From positions 512,001 through 576,000 of the forward strand of contig OZ241456.1 of assembly GCA_965200875.1 (NCBI GenBank): 64,000 bases of DNA. The letters are read 5' to 3'. Under the pieces are notes generated by a model. It saw only the letters and a list, made by a program, of their open reading frames with translations, was not told where the DNA came from and did not search any database. This stretch comes from Bdellovibrionales bacterium (GTDB taxonomy: Bacteria; Bdellovibrionota; Bdellovibrionia; Bdellovibrionales; UBA1609). Made by a program: the position numbers and the translations under genes. Below, piece by piece: positions 8,686 through 18,394 of the stretch (the first letter of the stretch is position 1; the number at the start of each line of letters is the position of its first letter).

Positions 8686-10401
8686 TCACTTTTTTTCTTC
8701 TTTCATATAGCGATCAAATAAATTCTTGAACAGGGTTTTCTGAAACTGTTTTGGTTTGTGGATAATTTTCCAATATCCTCTTTTTTTCTCTCTTTTCATA
8801 AAGCCTGTTTTTTCCCAATGCTGAAACATTTTTGATAATTGTACTATCTCCGACTGGCTGTCAGACAAACCAAAAAGTCGCCTTGCATCTTTATTGGTAA
8901 CATATCCTCGACGATTATCTCGATAGGCATAATCCCTCAACACTTCTTTAAATGTGTACTCTTCAGCAGGGGAAAACACCCGTGAATCTTGTCCTTCCAG
9001 CTGTACCTGTACCCATCGCTTTAAAAGAATTTTAGCTGATGACTGTTTCTTGTTTTTTTTTGAATAGTCAAATTTTAACAAAAATGGAGAGTGTTCATCA
9101 GATAAAATCTCACCTGTGAGCTTTTTGTGATATTCATCCATATAATGTAAAATCTCTTTCAAAGTTTTATCTTTCCACAATACCAATGCCGCCGATATTT
9201 TATATTTGTCAGGATTATCTAAGTATAGGCTTTTGAATCTTTTAAGAAGTTTTAAAAAGTTTTTATCTGGTTGTTCGTTATATAAAGTGACCGACCATAC
9301 TCCGTAATCATCTGAAAGCTTTTTATATTCAAATAAAGGTTCTTTTTTTCCACTTTCAATCATGGTTTTAAAAATTTTACTTTTACCTGAGCCAAGTTCT
9401 TCTGAAAATTGTGCTTTTCTCAAAATTTTTATTAAAAGTGGATTATGAGAAAAATGATCTACAGAAAATCTCTTGTTTATAAAAGCTTCCGCTGTTGCTG
9501 AACAAGGATTGGAAATCACTATTCTATTTTTAAACAAGTGTACTTCCACACCTATTCCTTGTTTCTCAAAAGTAGAATGGGCCACGGCATTAACTAGGAG
9601 TTCTCTTAATACCAAGTCAGGATATGGCTTTTCTTCCATAACAGATAATGAACCGGGTTTTAAGGTAAGAGGTATTTCCCTTGTCCAAGATTGAATATGT
9701 TGGATACAACCCTCTTGCAACAATCTGTACAGATTTTCTGTCTCTTGTTGGTCTAAAATTTCAGAATTTTCATTATAGTGAATAAGGCGGAAAGTAAACT
9801 CTCCAAATAAAATACCGGAAACATTTTTATTTTTTATATTTAACTTGGATAAAACATTATTTGCAGTTATCTTAGTCCAATAAACATTATCGTTTTTTAA
9901 AAACTGTGCAAAATCCAGAACTAAACCAGAGTTTATACTTTTATTGTAGTTGAAACTCGAAAAATCAAGTCCCGGGCGGTTTAAGTCCATATCTTTTTTT
10001 TGCCCTTGAGACATTTTTATAGTTCGCGATCCAATACGATGATATGATTCGTGATTCCAAGAAACACGTTTATTAGGGTTGATTATTTCAATCAACAAGC
10101 AGTGTTTATTATTTATAACCTCAATGGAAATAGATTTAACAGTGACATACGGATCAAGAAATTGATCAATGTGTGCTTCAATCTGTTGTTGTTGTTTTTT
10201 TATCTTTTCCTGGCTTTGGCAAACCAACAATCCCTTGTCATTCACACCGACAATCAGCCAACCACCTCCTGTGTCGTTATTTCCAATGGCGGAAATACTA
10301 TATCCATGTTCCCTTTGCCATTTTTCTTTAAACTCCACAGATTCACTTTCACTTAACTGACCGGCTGAAAGTTTTTTCAATAGAGTGACTTTTGTGTCCA
10401 T
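8686..10401 (-). CDS. Schlafen/AlbA_2 + HATPase_c_4 + wHTH ATP-binding protein
   Basis: ESESVEFKE, GGGWLIVGVND, YHRIGSRT, LRELLVNAVAH, SHNPLL, EELGSGK; C-terminal winged-HTH-like segment. Confidence 0.85.
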   Translation of the reverse strand: MDTKVTLLKKLSAGQLSESESVEFKEKWQREHGYSISAIGNNDTGGGWLIVGVNDKGLLVCQSQEKIKKQQQQIEAHIDQFLDPYVTVKSISIEVINNKHCLLIEIINPNKRVSWNHESYHRIGSRTIKMSQGQKKDMDLNRPGLDFSSFNYNKSINSGLVLDFAQFLKNDNVYWTKITANNVLSKLNIKNKNVSGILFGEFTFRLIHYNENSEILDQQETENLYRLLQEGCIQHIQSWTREIPLTLKPGSLSVMEEKPYPDLVLRELLVNAVAHSTFEKQGIGVEVHLFKNRIVISNPCSATAEAFINKRFSVDHFSHNPLLIKILRKAQFSEELGSGKSKIFKTMIESGKKEPLFEYKKLSDDYGVWSVTLYNEQPDKNFLKLLKRFKSLYLDNPDKYKISAALVLWKDKTLKEILHYMDEYHKKLTGEILSDEHSPFLLKFDYSKKNKKQSSAKILLKRWVQVQLEGQDSRVFSPAEEYTFKEVLRDYAYRDNRRGYVTNKDARRLFGLSDSQSEIVQLSKMFQHWEKTGFMKREKKRGYWKIIHKPKQFQKTLFKNLFDRYMKEEKK

Positions 10402-10460
10402 GTTTCCACCTTAAAATACAGCTCTTAAATCGTCCATACTCTTGAATAAAAATACTCACA

Positions 10461-10966
10461 GCTGAGACGACACGCAGACGACATGAGCTTTAAAAGTGCG
10501 TAATATAGCGGTTTTGAACCAATTTGAGTAGATAATTCTGGCTAAAATGCTTTATTTATCTGAGACAGCAGGGAGACGACATTCAGACGACATGAGCTTT
10601 AAAAGTGCGTAATATAGCGGTTTTGAACCAATTTGAGTAGATAATTCTGGCTAAAATGCTTCATTCATCTGAGACTACAAGGAGACAACATTCAGACGAC
10701 ATAGAGACGACAAGGGCCTTAAAAGTGCGTAAAACAGCTATTTTGAGTCGATTTGGATAGCGTATACAGCCCAAAATGCTTCATTCATCTGAGACAGCAG
10801 GGAGACAACATTCAGACGACATGAGCTTTAAAAGTGCGTAAAACAGCTATTTTGAGTCGATTTGGATAGCGTATACAGCCCAAAATGCTTCATTCATCTG
10901 AGACAGCAGGGAGACAACATTCAGACGACAAGGGCCTTAAAAGTGCGTAAAACAGCTATTTTGAGT
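10461..10966. repeat. Non-coding tandem array of about 4.6 units of 109 bp with nested 11-bp subrepeats
   Basis: Anchor AAAAGTGCGTAA at 10492, 10601, 10721, 10830, 10939 (periods 109, 120, 109, 109). Confidence 0.95.
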
Positions 10967-11103
10967 TGGTCATCCACTGATATAGGTCTATCTAAAAATT
11001 TGACAATTATGTAAAGATTACACTAGCTATATTTAAAGTTTGGTTTTTTTTAGTGTGTCTTATAAAATCCGTCATTATCAATTAATAAAAAAAGGAGACT
11101 GTT

Positions 11104-11958
11104 ATGAAGATTATAATTGTTTTATTATTTTTAAGTTTAAGTTTTTTTGGATATGGCGAAGATGTCAGAATACCAAATACAAACCTAGAGGATGGTCAAG
11201 AACAAAGTGGAGTTGATAATGGTGATGCTACTTTTTTTGGTTTTATGAGAGATAGGGATAATCATGCAAACATAGAAGGGGCAATACTTCAAGGTGCAGA
11301 ATTAAAACAGTCTCATATAAATCTTTTTACAAGAGCAGACTTGAAAAAGTTCCGAAGAATTAGGCGCGAAGAATGTCTGTACAGGGGTAATCTTGGATTT
11401 GTGCAACGTGTTCAAATTTGGCTGGCTGGTGTTGACTATAAGAAAACTGACTCTTCATGTGGTATAAATAATTATTTTAACGAATATAGATATAAGACAG
11501 ATTTTCGCTTCATGTGCGATTTGAGTGGTGCAGATATGCGCAAAATGGATTTAAGTAGTGCGCTTTTGAACTTTTCGAATTTGTCCGGCACGGATTTGAG
11601 AGGCGCGAATATGTCAAATATACAGGCAATGGGGGTAGATTTTACTGATGCGGATTTAAGTAGTGCGATTTTTCGAGATGCGAATTTGGCACTGGCGATT
11701 TTTCGAGATGTGAATTTGACCGGTGCAGATTTTACTGATGCGGATTTGTTCAGTGTGGACTTTCGTGGTTCAAATTTGACCAATGTGAATTTTACAAATG
11801 CGAATTTATTTAGGGTAAAGTTTGAAAATGCGAATTTGACCGATGCAATTTTTACCGGTGCGAAAGTTAGACCATACCAAGTGGCGTATTTAGAATCACA
11901 GGGTATAAGTGGTTTTGTTGTTGAAGAAGCGCATCTAATGAAAACAGTATTCTTTTAA
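11104..11958 (+). CDS. Secreted pentapeptide-repeat protein
   Basis: Signal peptide MKIIIVLLFLSLSFFGYG; A(D/N)LXX repeats in the C-terminal half; AAGGAG RBS. Confidence 0.9.
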   Translation: MKIIIVLLFLSLSFFGYGEDVRIPNTNLEDGQEQSGVDNGDATFFGFMRDRDNHANIEGAILQGAELKQSHINLFTRADLKKFRRIRREECLYRGNLGFVQRVQIWLAGVDYKKTDSSCGINNYFNEYRYKTDFRFMCDLSGADMRKMDLSSALLNFSNLSGTDLRGANMSNIQAMGVDFTDADLSSAIFRDANLALAIFRDVNLTGADFTDADLFSVDFRGSNLTNVNFTNANLFRVKFENANLTDAIFTGAKVRPYQVAYLESQGISGFVVEEAHLMKTVFF

Positions 11959-12078
11959 TTTTCATAATTCAATTTTTAGATGTGTCAAAGGAGGCCAAGG
12001 ATTTGACAACGCGTCCGATTTTGTATATCTAAAACATATCTGGAGACTTTATGAATCAAAAGTGAAGGAGTTATTTTT

Positions 12079-15000
12079 ATGGATGATGGTAAAAGCCCCA
12101 TAAAAAAAATATTTCAATTTTTAAAAGAGTTCAACAAATTAAAAACCAAACCTCTGCTAAATATAAAATCGTATCCACAGGTGCTATGGTTTTATGAAAT
12201 TCCAAAGGAAGAAGAATGTTATGTAATAACCCGCCATATACAGGCAGAAAACACTCATTACAATAAATGGATAGAAATTAAAAAACCTAAAAGAACATCT
12301 TACCCAGAGCCTCCCGAAGAAATAAAACCTTGGCTAAAAGAAGGTGTATTAAATCAATACACAAAAGAGCCTCAGCTTTTCTCTTATATTATTTCAGAAC
12401 CAGAAAATGATTTTATGGAACATAAAAATTTTGAAGAGGAAGAAGAGAATAAGAAAATCTTGTTAGAAAATTGTCCTGAAGTCAAAAAGTCCTTTGAAGA
12501 TTATATAAGACAAAAATGGTGGCCTTGGTCTCAGGAAGAACAGCGTCTAGAAACTGTTTCAAAAGTGTATAACAGGTTTTATGAAATGTATAAAAAAAAT
12601 AAAAACCAAGGTGAAGTATATCAAATTGTTTTAGGTCTGGGGTTTTTATGCTCTAAAAATCGGCAGGGGAAAGATATTAAACGACATATTGTTACAGCCC
12701 CTGCCACTATTGATTTTCATTCTGCTACGGGAAAAATCACGGTAAAACCTGCCGAACAGGATGTAGAGCTTTCTTTAGAGATGGATATGTTTCGGGAAAG
12801 TGAGAAACCGGATAATTGTGGTTCACTCAACAATCAATTATCAGAACTCAATAATGATTTCTGGAAAACAAATCTATTTTATAACCACTTAAAATCTTGG
12901 CTTAATAGTCATAATTCCAGCGGACAGTTTTACAATAGGTTTGACAAACCTTCTTCGTCTGAATCCTTTACAACATTAACTGTGTCTCCAGCCGTAATCC
13001 TTAGAAAAAGAAATGAAAGAGCTTTTATTAAATTTTATGATTCAGTTATCAAGGATATGGAAAGCAAAGTCAATTTAAGCCCTTGTTTTAAGCATCTTAT
13101 TGACAAACCTTCGACCCATCATCAGAAAGAAATTTCTCCAGAAAGTGAGAAAAAAGTAAAACCCGCTCTTGCTGAAAAACATTATTTTCCTTTACCCACA
13201 AATGCTGAACAGGAAAAAATAATAGATAAAGTCTTATATCATAATCAAGTGGTTGTGCAAGGGCCACCAGGGACAGGTAAAACACATTCCATTGCTAATT
13301 TAATATGTCATTTTTTAGCTAAAGGTAAAAAAATTATTGTAACAAGCCAAACAGATCGCGCTTTGCGGGTGCTGAGAAACAAACTTCCTGAAGAGATAAA
13401 ACTACTTTGTATTGAGATATTGGGAAAAGATCAGCAGTCTTTTCAGGAGTTAAAAGACTCATTTTCAGCCATTAACGAAAAATATCAAAATTGGTCTGAT
13501 AGTAATATAAATAATACTCAAGCTGATATTAATCAATTAGAGGATAAAGATAACCAATTAGAGGCTGAGTTAGCAAAAATTAAAAATCAATTAATGGATC
13601 TAAAACGATATGAAACCAAACAGTATGAAAAACTTTTTGACTTCTATACAGGAACACCGGCGGTTATAGCAAGTCATGTAAAAGAAGAAGAGAAACAATA
13701 CAGCTGGATCAAAGAGTTTTTTGATACAGAAAGTTCTGTTGAATGTCCTGTTTCCAATAAAGAAGCAAAAGAGTTTTTCATAATTATTAAAAATTTAAAA
13801 AATATTGATGATTCTGTTTTAAAAGAATCTGTAGAGTTTTTGGATAATATTTTTACTCCTCAACAGCTGGAGGAAAAAATAAAGGCCGAGACACAAGCCG
13901 GACAAACTATTGAACAACACAAATCTTATGAGAGCAAAGAAAGTACAATTCATTATAATCCATTAAACGACATAGAGCTTAACCAACTGCAAGGTAAACT
14001 AGCCGTTTTAAAATCAAAAGTGGAAAGTCTTTTAAATAAAAATGAGGAATGGATTACGCGGGCTTTAAATGATTGCCTTGCAGATAAAGACAGGGCATGG
14101 AGATATTTATATGACTTCACAAATAAAACTTTAGATGAACATAGGGAGATATTTCAGTCAGCGGAAGAATTGAAAAATATAAAAGCTCCCTCTCACTTAA
14201 ATAGCAATGATGACCTGAAGGTTCAAAACCTTTTAAAAGATTTTTTTGACAAATATCAATCTGACGAACAAGTGCCGTGGAAATGGTATCAGTCAAAACC
14301 AAAAATGGTTCGAGAACTAAAAGAGATAAAAATTAATGATAAGAAAATTTCTTCTTATGAAGATGTTAAAGAATTTCGGAATTATGTAATTGCCAAAAAT
14401 GTTCAGAAAAAATTAAATAATTACTGGAAAAATCAAGGTGTGAAAACAAATCTCCAAAGGCCACCGTTTTTTTCCAAAAATTATCATATTTTAAAAGATC
14501 TGTTAGAACCTGTGGAGGAATGCTTGTCTGCCCATAAGCTAACAGAAGATATAAAAAAGATTTTATCTCCAAAAAATATTTCTTTGCCTCAATGGACAAA
14601 AGACTCTATTAAAGAAATAATGGAGCTGGTGGAATATATACAAGCCCAAAATGTTTTGGAAAAAATAAAACAAGAATTTAAAAAAACTTTTGCTATTCTG
14701 AAACCTTATGAACAGCAAAAAAATCAGTTTGCAAAAGATATAATGGTTGCCTACAAGAGTAGGGACATAACATCTTATAAAGATATTCTTAATAAAACAA
14801 ACGATTTTAAAATCAAGCAAAAACACTTTTCCAGACTATGTGAAATCAGAAAAAAGTTAAACAATAATAATTTTTATAAAAAATTAAATGAAGATATTAA
14901 AAATCCTGTATGGGAAAGCCAGATTATGTCTTTTGAAAAAGCATGGGCTTGGCAAAGGGCCAACCAGTGGTTAAAAGAACAAACTAGCGAAGAGTTTGTT

Positions 15001-16572
15001 AAAAAGCTTAATCAAGAAAAAGAAGAATTGCGAGAGCAACAAAAAAACAACATGGAGAAATTGGTTTCTAAAAAAGCATGGAGTTTTTGTTTATCAAATC
15101 TGAAAGACTCAGAGCTTTCCAGCTTAAAAGGTTGGATACAATCCATAAGCAAAATGGGTAAAGGCACAGGAATCACAGCCGGAAAACACAGGAAAACAGC
15201 AAAAAAACGAATGGAGGAATGCAAAACAGCCATTCCTGCTTGGATTATGCCACTTTACAGAGTGGTGGAAAATATTAATCCAGCTAATGAACCTTTTGAT
15301 ATTGCTATTATTGATGAAGCTAGCCAAACCGGCCCGGATGGTTTTTTGTTAAACCACTTGGCAAAAAAAATTATCGTGGTGGGAGATAAAGAACAAATCA
15401 GTCCTGAAAATCCAGGGATAAAAGATGAGGATGTTGAAATTCACAAGAAAAAATATCTTTCTGATATTAAGTTTTTTGATTATATTGGAAGAGAATACAG
15501 TTATTATGATTACTGTGAAACTTTATTTACAAAAAGTCATGTTCAATTAAGAGAACATTTTAGATGTATGCCGGAAATTATCCAATTTTCCAATAGTATT
15601 TCTTACTCCGGTACTCCTCTGATTCCTCTGCGTCAATATGGTAGTTCAAGGCTTACCCCTCTTAAAACAACTTATGTTAGAGACGCCATAAGCCAAGTTG
15701 GCAGTGGCAAAGATCCACAAAACGAAAAAGAAGCAAAAGCTATTGTTGCTCAAATTAAAAAGTGTATCAGTGATCCGGCTTATGATGGAAAAACCTTTGG
15801 AGTAATTGTCTTACAAGGCAAAGCTCAAATACAAGTGATTGAATCCGCGCTTTCAGAAATAGACAAAAAAGACCTAGAAGAAAGAAGGATACATGTTGGC
15901 AATGCCTATAATTTTCAGGGAGACGAAAGAGATGTAATTTTTTTAAGCATGGCCGTTGCCAAAGACCGGAGTATTTCAGCCCTTACTAGGGAGACTTATA
16001 AGAAAATGTATAATGTAGCTGGCAGTCGGGCAAAAGATCAAATGTGGCTTTTTCATTCTGTGGAGCGAAATGATCTTTCATCGGAAGATTATCGCCGAAA
16101 ATTACTTTCCCATTGTAAGAGTGATTCTAAACAAATAACTGCTTGGCCACAAAATGAGTTGGAAAAATTATATAGAAAAATTAAAGAAACACAAAATAAA
16201 AAACCAGAAAATGCTCCTGAACTTTTTAGTCGCCCTAATGAAAATTTTGGTAGTTGGTTTGAAGCAAGGGTGTTTCATAAAATAGCTCTTAAAGGTTACC
16301 AAGTGATTCCTCAATTTAAGGTATCTCACTATCGAATAGATATGGTTATTGTTGGTTCTAAAGGGAGATTGGCTTTAGAGTGTGACGGAGATTATTGGCA
16401 CTCAGGGGAAAAAAAAGAAATGGAAGACCAAGACAGACAAGGGCAACTGGAAAGATGTGGCTGGACATTTTGGCGATTAAGAGAAAGTGTGTTTAACAGA
16501 GATGAAGAATCAGCTTTAAAAAGCTTATGGGAGCGACTGGATAAAATGAAAATATATCCTTTAAGGACTTAA
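12079..16572 (+). CDS. SF1 (DNA2/UPF1-like) helicase with a C-terminal Vsr/DUF559-like endonuclease
   Basis: QGPPGTGKT, IIDEASQ, VVGDKEQ, EHFRC, FQGDERD; C-terminal FEARV...RIDMV...ALECDGDYWH...LERCGWTFWR. Confidence 0.9.
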   Translation: MDDGKSPIKKIFQFLKEFNKLKTKPLLNIKSYPQVLWFYEIPKEEECYVITRHIQAENTHYNKWIEIKKPKRTSYPEPPEEIKPWLKEGVLNQYTKEPQLFSYIISEPENDFMEHKNFEEEEENKKILLENCPEVKKSFEDYIRQKWWPWSQEEQRLETVSKVYNRFYEMYKKNKNQGEVYQIVLGLGFLCSKNRQGKDIKRHIVTAPATIDFHSATGKITVKPAEQDVELSLEMDMFRESEKPDNCGSLNNQLSELNNDFWKTNLFYNHLKSWLNSHNSSGQFYNRFDKPSSSESFTTLTVSPAVILRKRNERAFIKFYDSVIKDMESKVNLSPCFKHLIDKPSTHHQKEISPESEKKVKPALAEKHYFPLPTNAEQEKIIDKVLYHNQVVVQGPPGTGKTHSIANLICHFLAKGKKIIVTSQTDRALRVLRNKLPEEIKLLCIEILGKDQQSFQELKDSFSAINEKYQNWSDSNINNTQADINQLEDKDNQLEAELAKIKNQLMDLKRYETKQYEKLFDFYTGTPAVIASHVKEEEKQYSWIKEFFDTESSVECPVSNKEAKEFFIIIKNLKNIDDSVLKESVEFLDNIFTPQQLEEKIKAETQAGQTIEQHKSYESKESTIHYNPLNDIELNQLQGKLAVLKSKVESLLNKNEEWITRALNDCLADKDRAWRYLYDFTNKTLDEHREIFQSAEELKNIKAPSHLNSNDDLKVQNLLKDFFDKYQSDEQVPWKWYQSKPKMVRELKEIKINDKKISSYEDVKEFRNYVIAKNVQKKLNNYWKNQGVKTNLQRPPFFSKNYHILKDLLEPVEECLSAHKLTEDIKKILSPKNISLPQWTKDSIKEIMELVEYIQAQNVLEKIKQEFKKTFAILKPYEQQKNQFAKDIMVAYKSRDITSYKDILNKTNDFKIKQKHFSRLCEIRKKLNNNNFYKKLNEDIKNPVWESQIMSFEKAWAWQRANQWLKEQTSEEFVKKLNQEKEELREQQKNNMEKLVSKKAWSFCLSNLKDSELSSLKGWIQSISKMGKGTGITAGKHRKTAKKRMEECKTAIPAWIMPLYRVVENINPANEPFDIAIIDEASQTGPDGFLLNHLAKKIIVVGDKEQISPENPGIKDEDVEIHKKKYLSDIKFFDYIGREYSYYDYCETLFTKSHVQLREHFRCMPEIIQFSNSISYSGTPLIPLRQYGSSRLTPLKTTYVRDAISQVGSGKDPQNEKEAKAIVAQIKKCISDPAYDGKTFGVIVLQGKAQIQVIESALSEIDKKDLEERRIHVGNAYNFQGDERDVIFLSMAVAKDRSISALTRETYKKMYNVAGSRAKDQMWLFHSVERNDLSSEDYRRKLLSHCKSDSKQITAWPQNELEKLYRKIKETQNKKPENAPELFSRPNENFGSWFEARVFHKIALKGYQVIPQFKVSHYRIDMVIVGSKGRLALECDGDYWHSGEKKEMEDQDRQGQLERCGWTFWRLRESVFNRDEESALKSLWERLDKMKIYPLRT

Positions 16573-16668
16573 CCAACCTGTTGATTTTCAGGATATAGGT
16601 TGTTATATGTTAAAGTAGTTCAGCAGAATAGGTTAGTAAATGGACTTAAATGGATAAGGTGAAACATT

Positions 16669-18381
16669 ATGCCCATTTTGGAATTTAAAGGCAAAGACAT
16701 TATAGATTCCTATCATTTAGGGGTTGCCTTTTGCCCGATCCATATTGATAAAACAAAAAGTAAACTGTCCGTTCAAAACAGAAAAACACCTTCTTTGGAT
16801 GATAATTTGATTATTCATGGGGATAACCTTTTTGCTCTCAAAGCCCTTATACCAAAATATGCTGGCAAAATAAAATGTGTTTATATCGATCCGCCTTACA
16901 ATACAGGAAAAGAAACATGGGTATTTAATGATAATGTAAATCATCCCCTTATGCGGGAGTGGCTAAAAAAAGAAGTGGGCTTAGATGACATGGAAAGGCA
17001 TGACAAATGGCTTTGTATGATGTGGCCCAGACTTTGTTTATTAAAAGATCTGTTAAGTGAAGATGGAGTGTTGATATGCGCTATAGATCATAATGAACGA
17101 GAGCATTTAGGTATGATATTAAAGGAGATTTTTCAAGATCAGGAAATTGTGTGTGTAACGATTGTGCATAATCCCAGAGGAATCCAAGGTGATCATTTTT
17201 CCTATACCCATGAATACGCTTATTTTGTTTTGCCAGATAAAAAAAGTGTGATTGGAAAAAGAAAATTCATAAAAAACAAGGATATAAGCAATTTTAGAAA
17301 TTGGGGAGGAGAATCGTTAAGGGGAGATGCAAAAAATTGTTTTTACCCTATTCTTGTTCGAAGTGGTGCTATTGTTGGTTTTGGTGAGGTGTTGGAGGAA
17401 GGGAAACATCCTGAGGGTCGTGTGGTGAAAAGAGGAGATGGTTCTTATGAGATATGGCCCATAGACAAAAGCGGAGTGGAAAGAAAGTGGCGATATGCCC
17501 GTCAAAGTGTGGAGTCCATAAAACATCTGCTCACCCTCAAGCCAGCCAAAAACCAGGAAAATAATTTTGAAGTGGAAATAGGAAAGGATTTTGGTTCTTA
17601 TAAAACTGTTTGGACAGGTAGTAAGTATGATGCTAATGAATACGGCACAAAGCTCTTAAAAACTATTTTGCCGAATTGCCCTTTTAATTTTCCAAAGTCT
17701 TTTTATACAGTGAAGGATTGTCTGCAAGCTGTGTGCCGTGATGATAAAAATGCCATTATTTTGGATTGCTTTGCTGGATCAGGTACAACGGCTCATGCTG
17801 TTTTGGATATGAACAAAGAGGACGGAGGCCAGCGCAAGTTTATTTTAGTTCAATGTGAAGAGTATAATAAAAAAACCGGGAAACAAATTAATATCACAAA
17901 TGAAATTACAGCAGAGCGTGTTCGTAAAGTTATGGAAGGTTATAATGGCAAAAAAGGCTTTGATGATTCTTTTACCTATTGTGCTCTTGGCAAACCATTA
18001 AGTGAAGAAAATATGTTGAAAGGAAAATCTCTTCCAGATTACAACACTCTTGCTCATTATGTGTTTTGGACAGCTACTGGAAAAACTTTAAACCAAACTG
18101 GCCAGCGAGTTGCGAGGGAAAACAAAAATTTTTATATAGGAAAATCAGACAGCAATCAAGCTTTTTTCTTAATTTACAAGCCCGATATAAAGTTTTTAAG
18201 AAGCAATGAGTCTGCTTTAAATTGGGATCGTAAGCAGGAGATTCAAAAAATTATGCTTCAGCAGGGTTGTAAAAAAGCAGTTGTATTCGCATCTGCTTGT
18301 TTTTACGATATAAGAGAGCTATCTTCAGACGGCATTGTTTTTTGTCAATTGCCTTTTGCGATTTATGCCAGAACAATATAA
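16669..18381 (+). CDS. mod: Type III R-M methyltransferase Mod
   Basis: IIHGDNL, YIDPPYNTG (motif IV), FPK, LDCFAGSGTT (motif I); beta-class order. Confidence 0.9.
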   Translation: MPILEFKGKDIIDSYHLGVAFCPIHIDKTKSKLSVQNRKTPSLDDNLIIHGDNLFALKALIPKYAGKIKCVYIDPPYNTGKETWVFNDNVNHPLMREWLKKEVGLDDMERHDKWLCMMWPRLCLLKDLLSEDGVLICAIDHNEREHLGMILKEIFQDQEIVCVTIVHNPRGIQGDHFSYTHEYAYFVLPDKKSVIGKRKFIKNKDISNFRNWGGESLRGDAKNCFYPILVRSGAIVGFGEVLEEGKHPEGRVVKRGDGSYEIWPIDKSGVERKWRYARQSVESIKHLLTLKPAKNQENNFEVEIGKDFGSYKTVWTGSKYDANEYGTKLLKTILPNCPFNFPKSFYTVKDCLQAVCRDDKNAIILDCFAGSGTTAHAVLDMNKEDGGQRKFILVQCEEYNKKTGKQINITNEITAERVRKVMEGYNGKKGFDDSFTYCALGKPLSEENMLKGKSLPDYNTLAHYVFWTATGKTLNQTGQRVARENKNFYIGKSDSNQAFFLIYKPDIKFLRSNESALNWDRKQEIQKIMLQQGCKKAVVFASACFYDIRELSSDGIVFCQLPFAIYARTI

Positions 18382-18394
18382 GAAGGTTATTTTA

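Noticed and set aside
10461..10966. CRISPR array
   Set aside because: The linkers are duplicated rather than unique, the conserved part is too long, and there are no cas genes in the window
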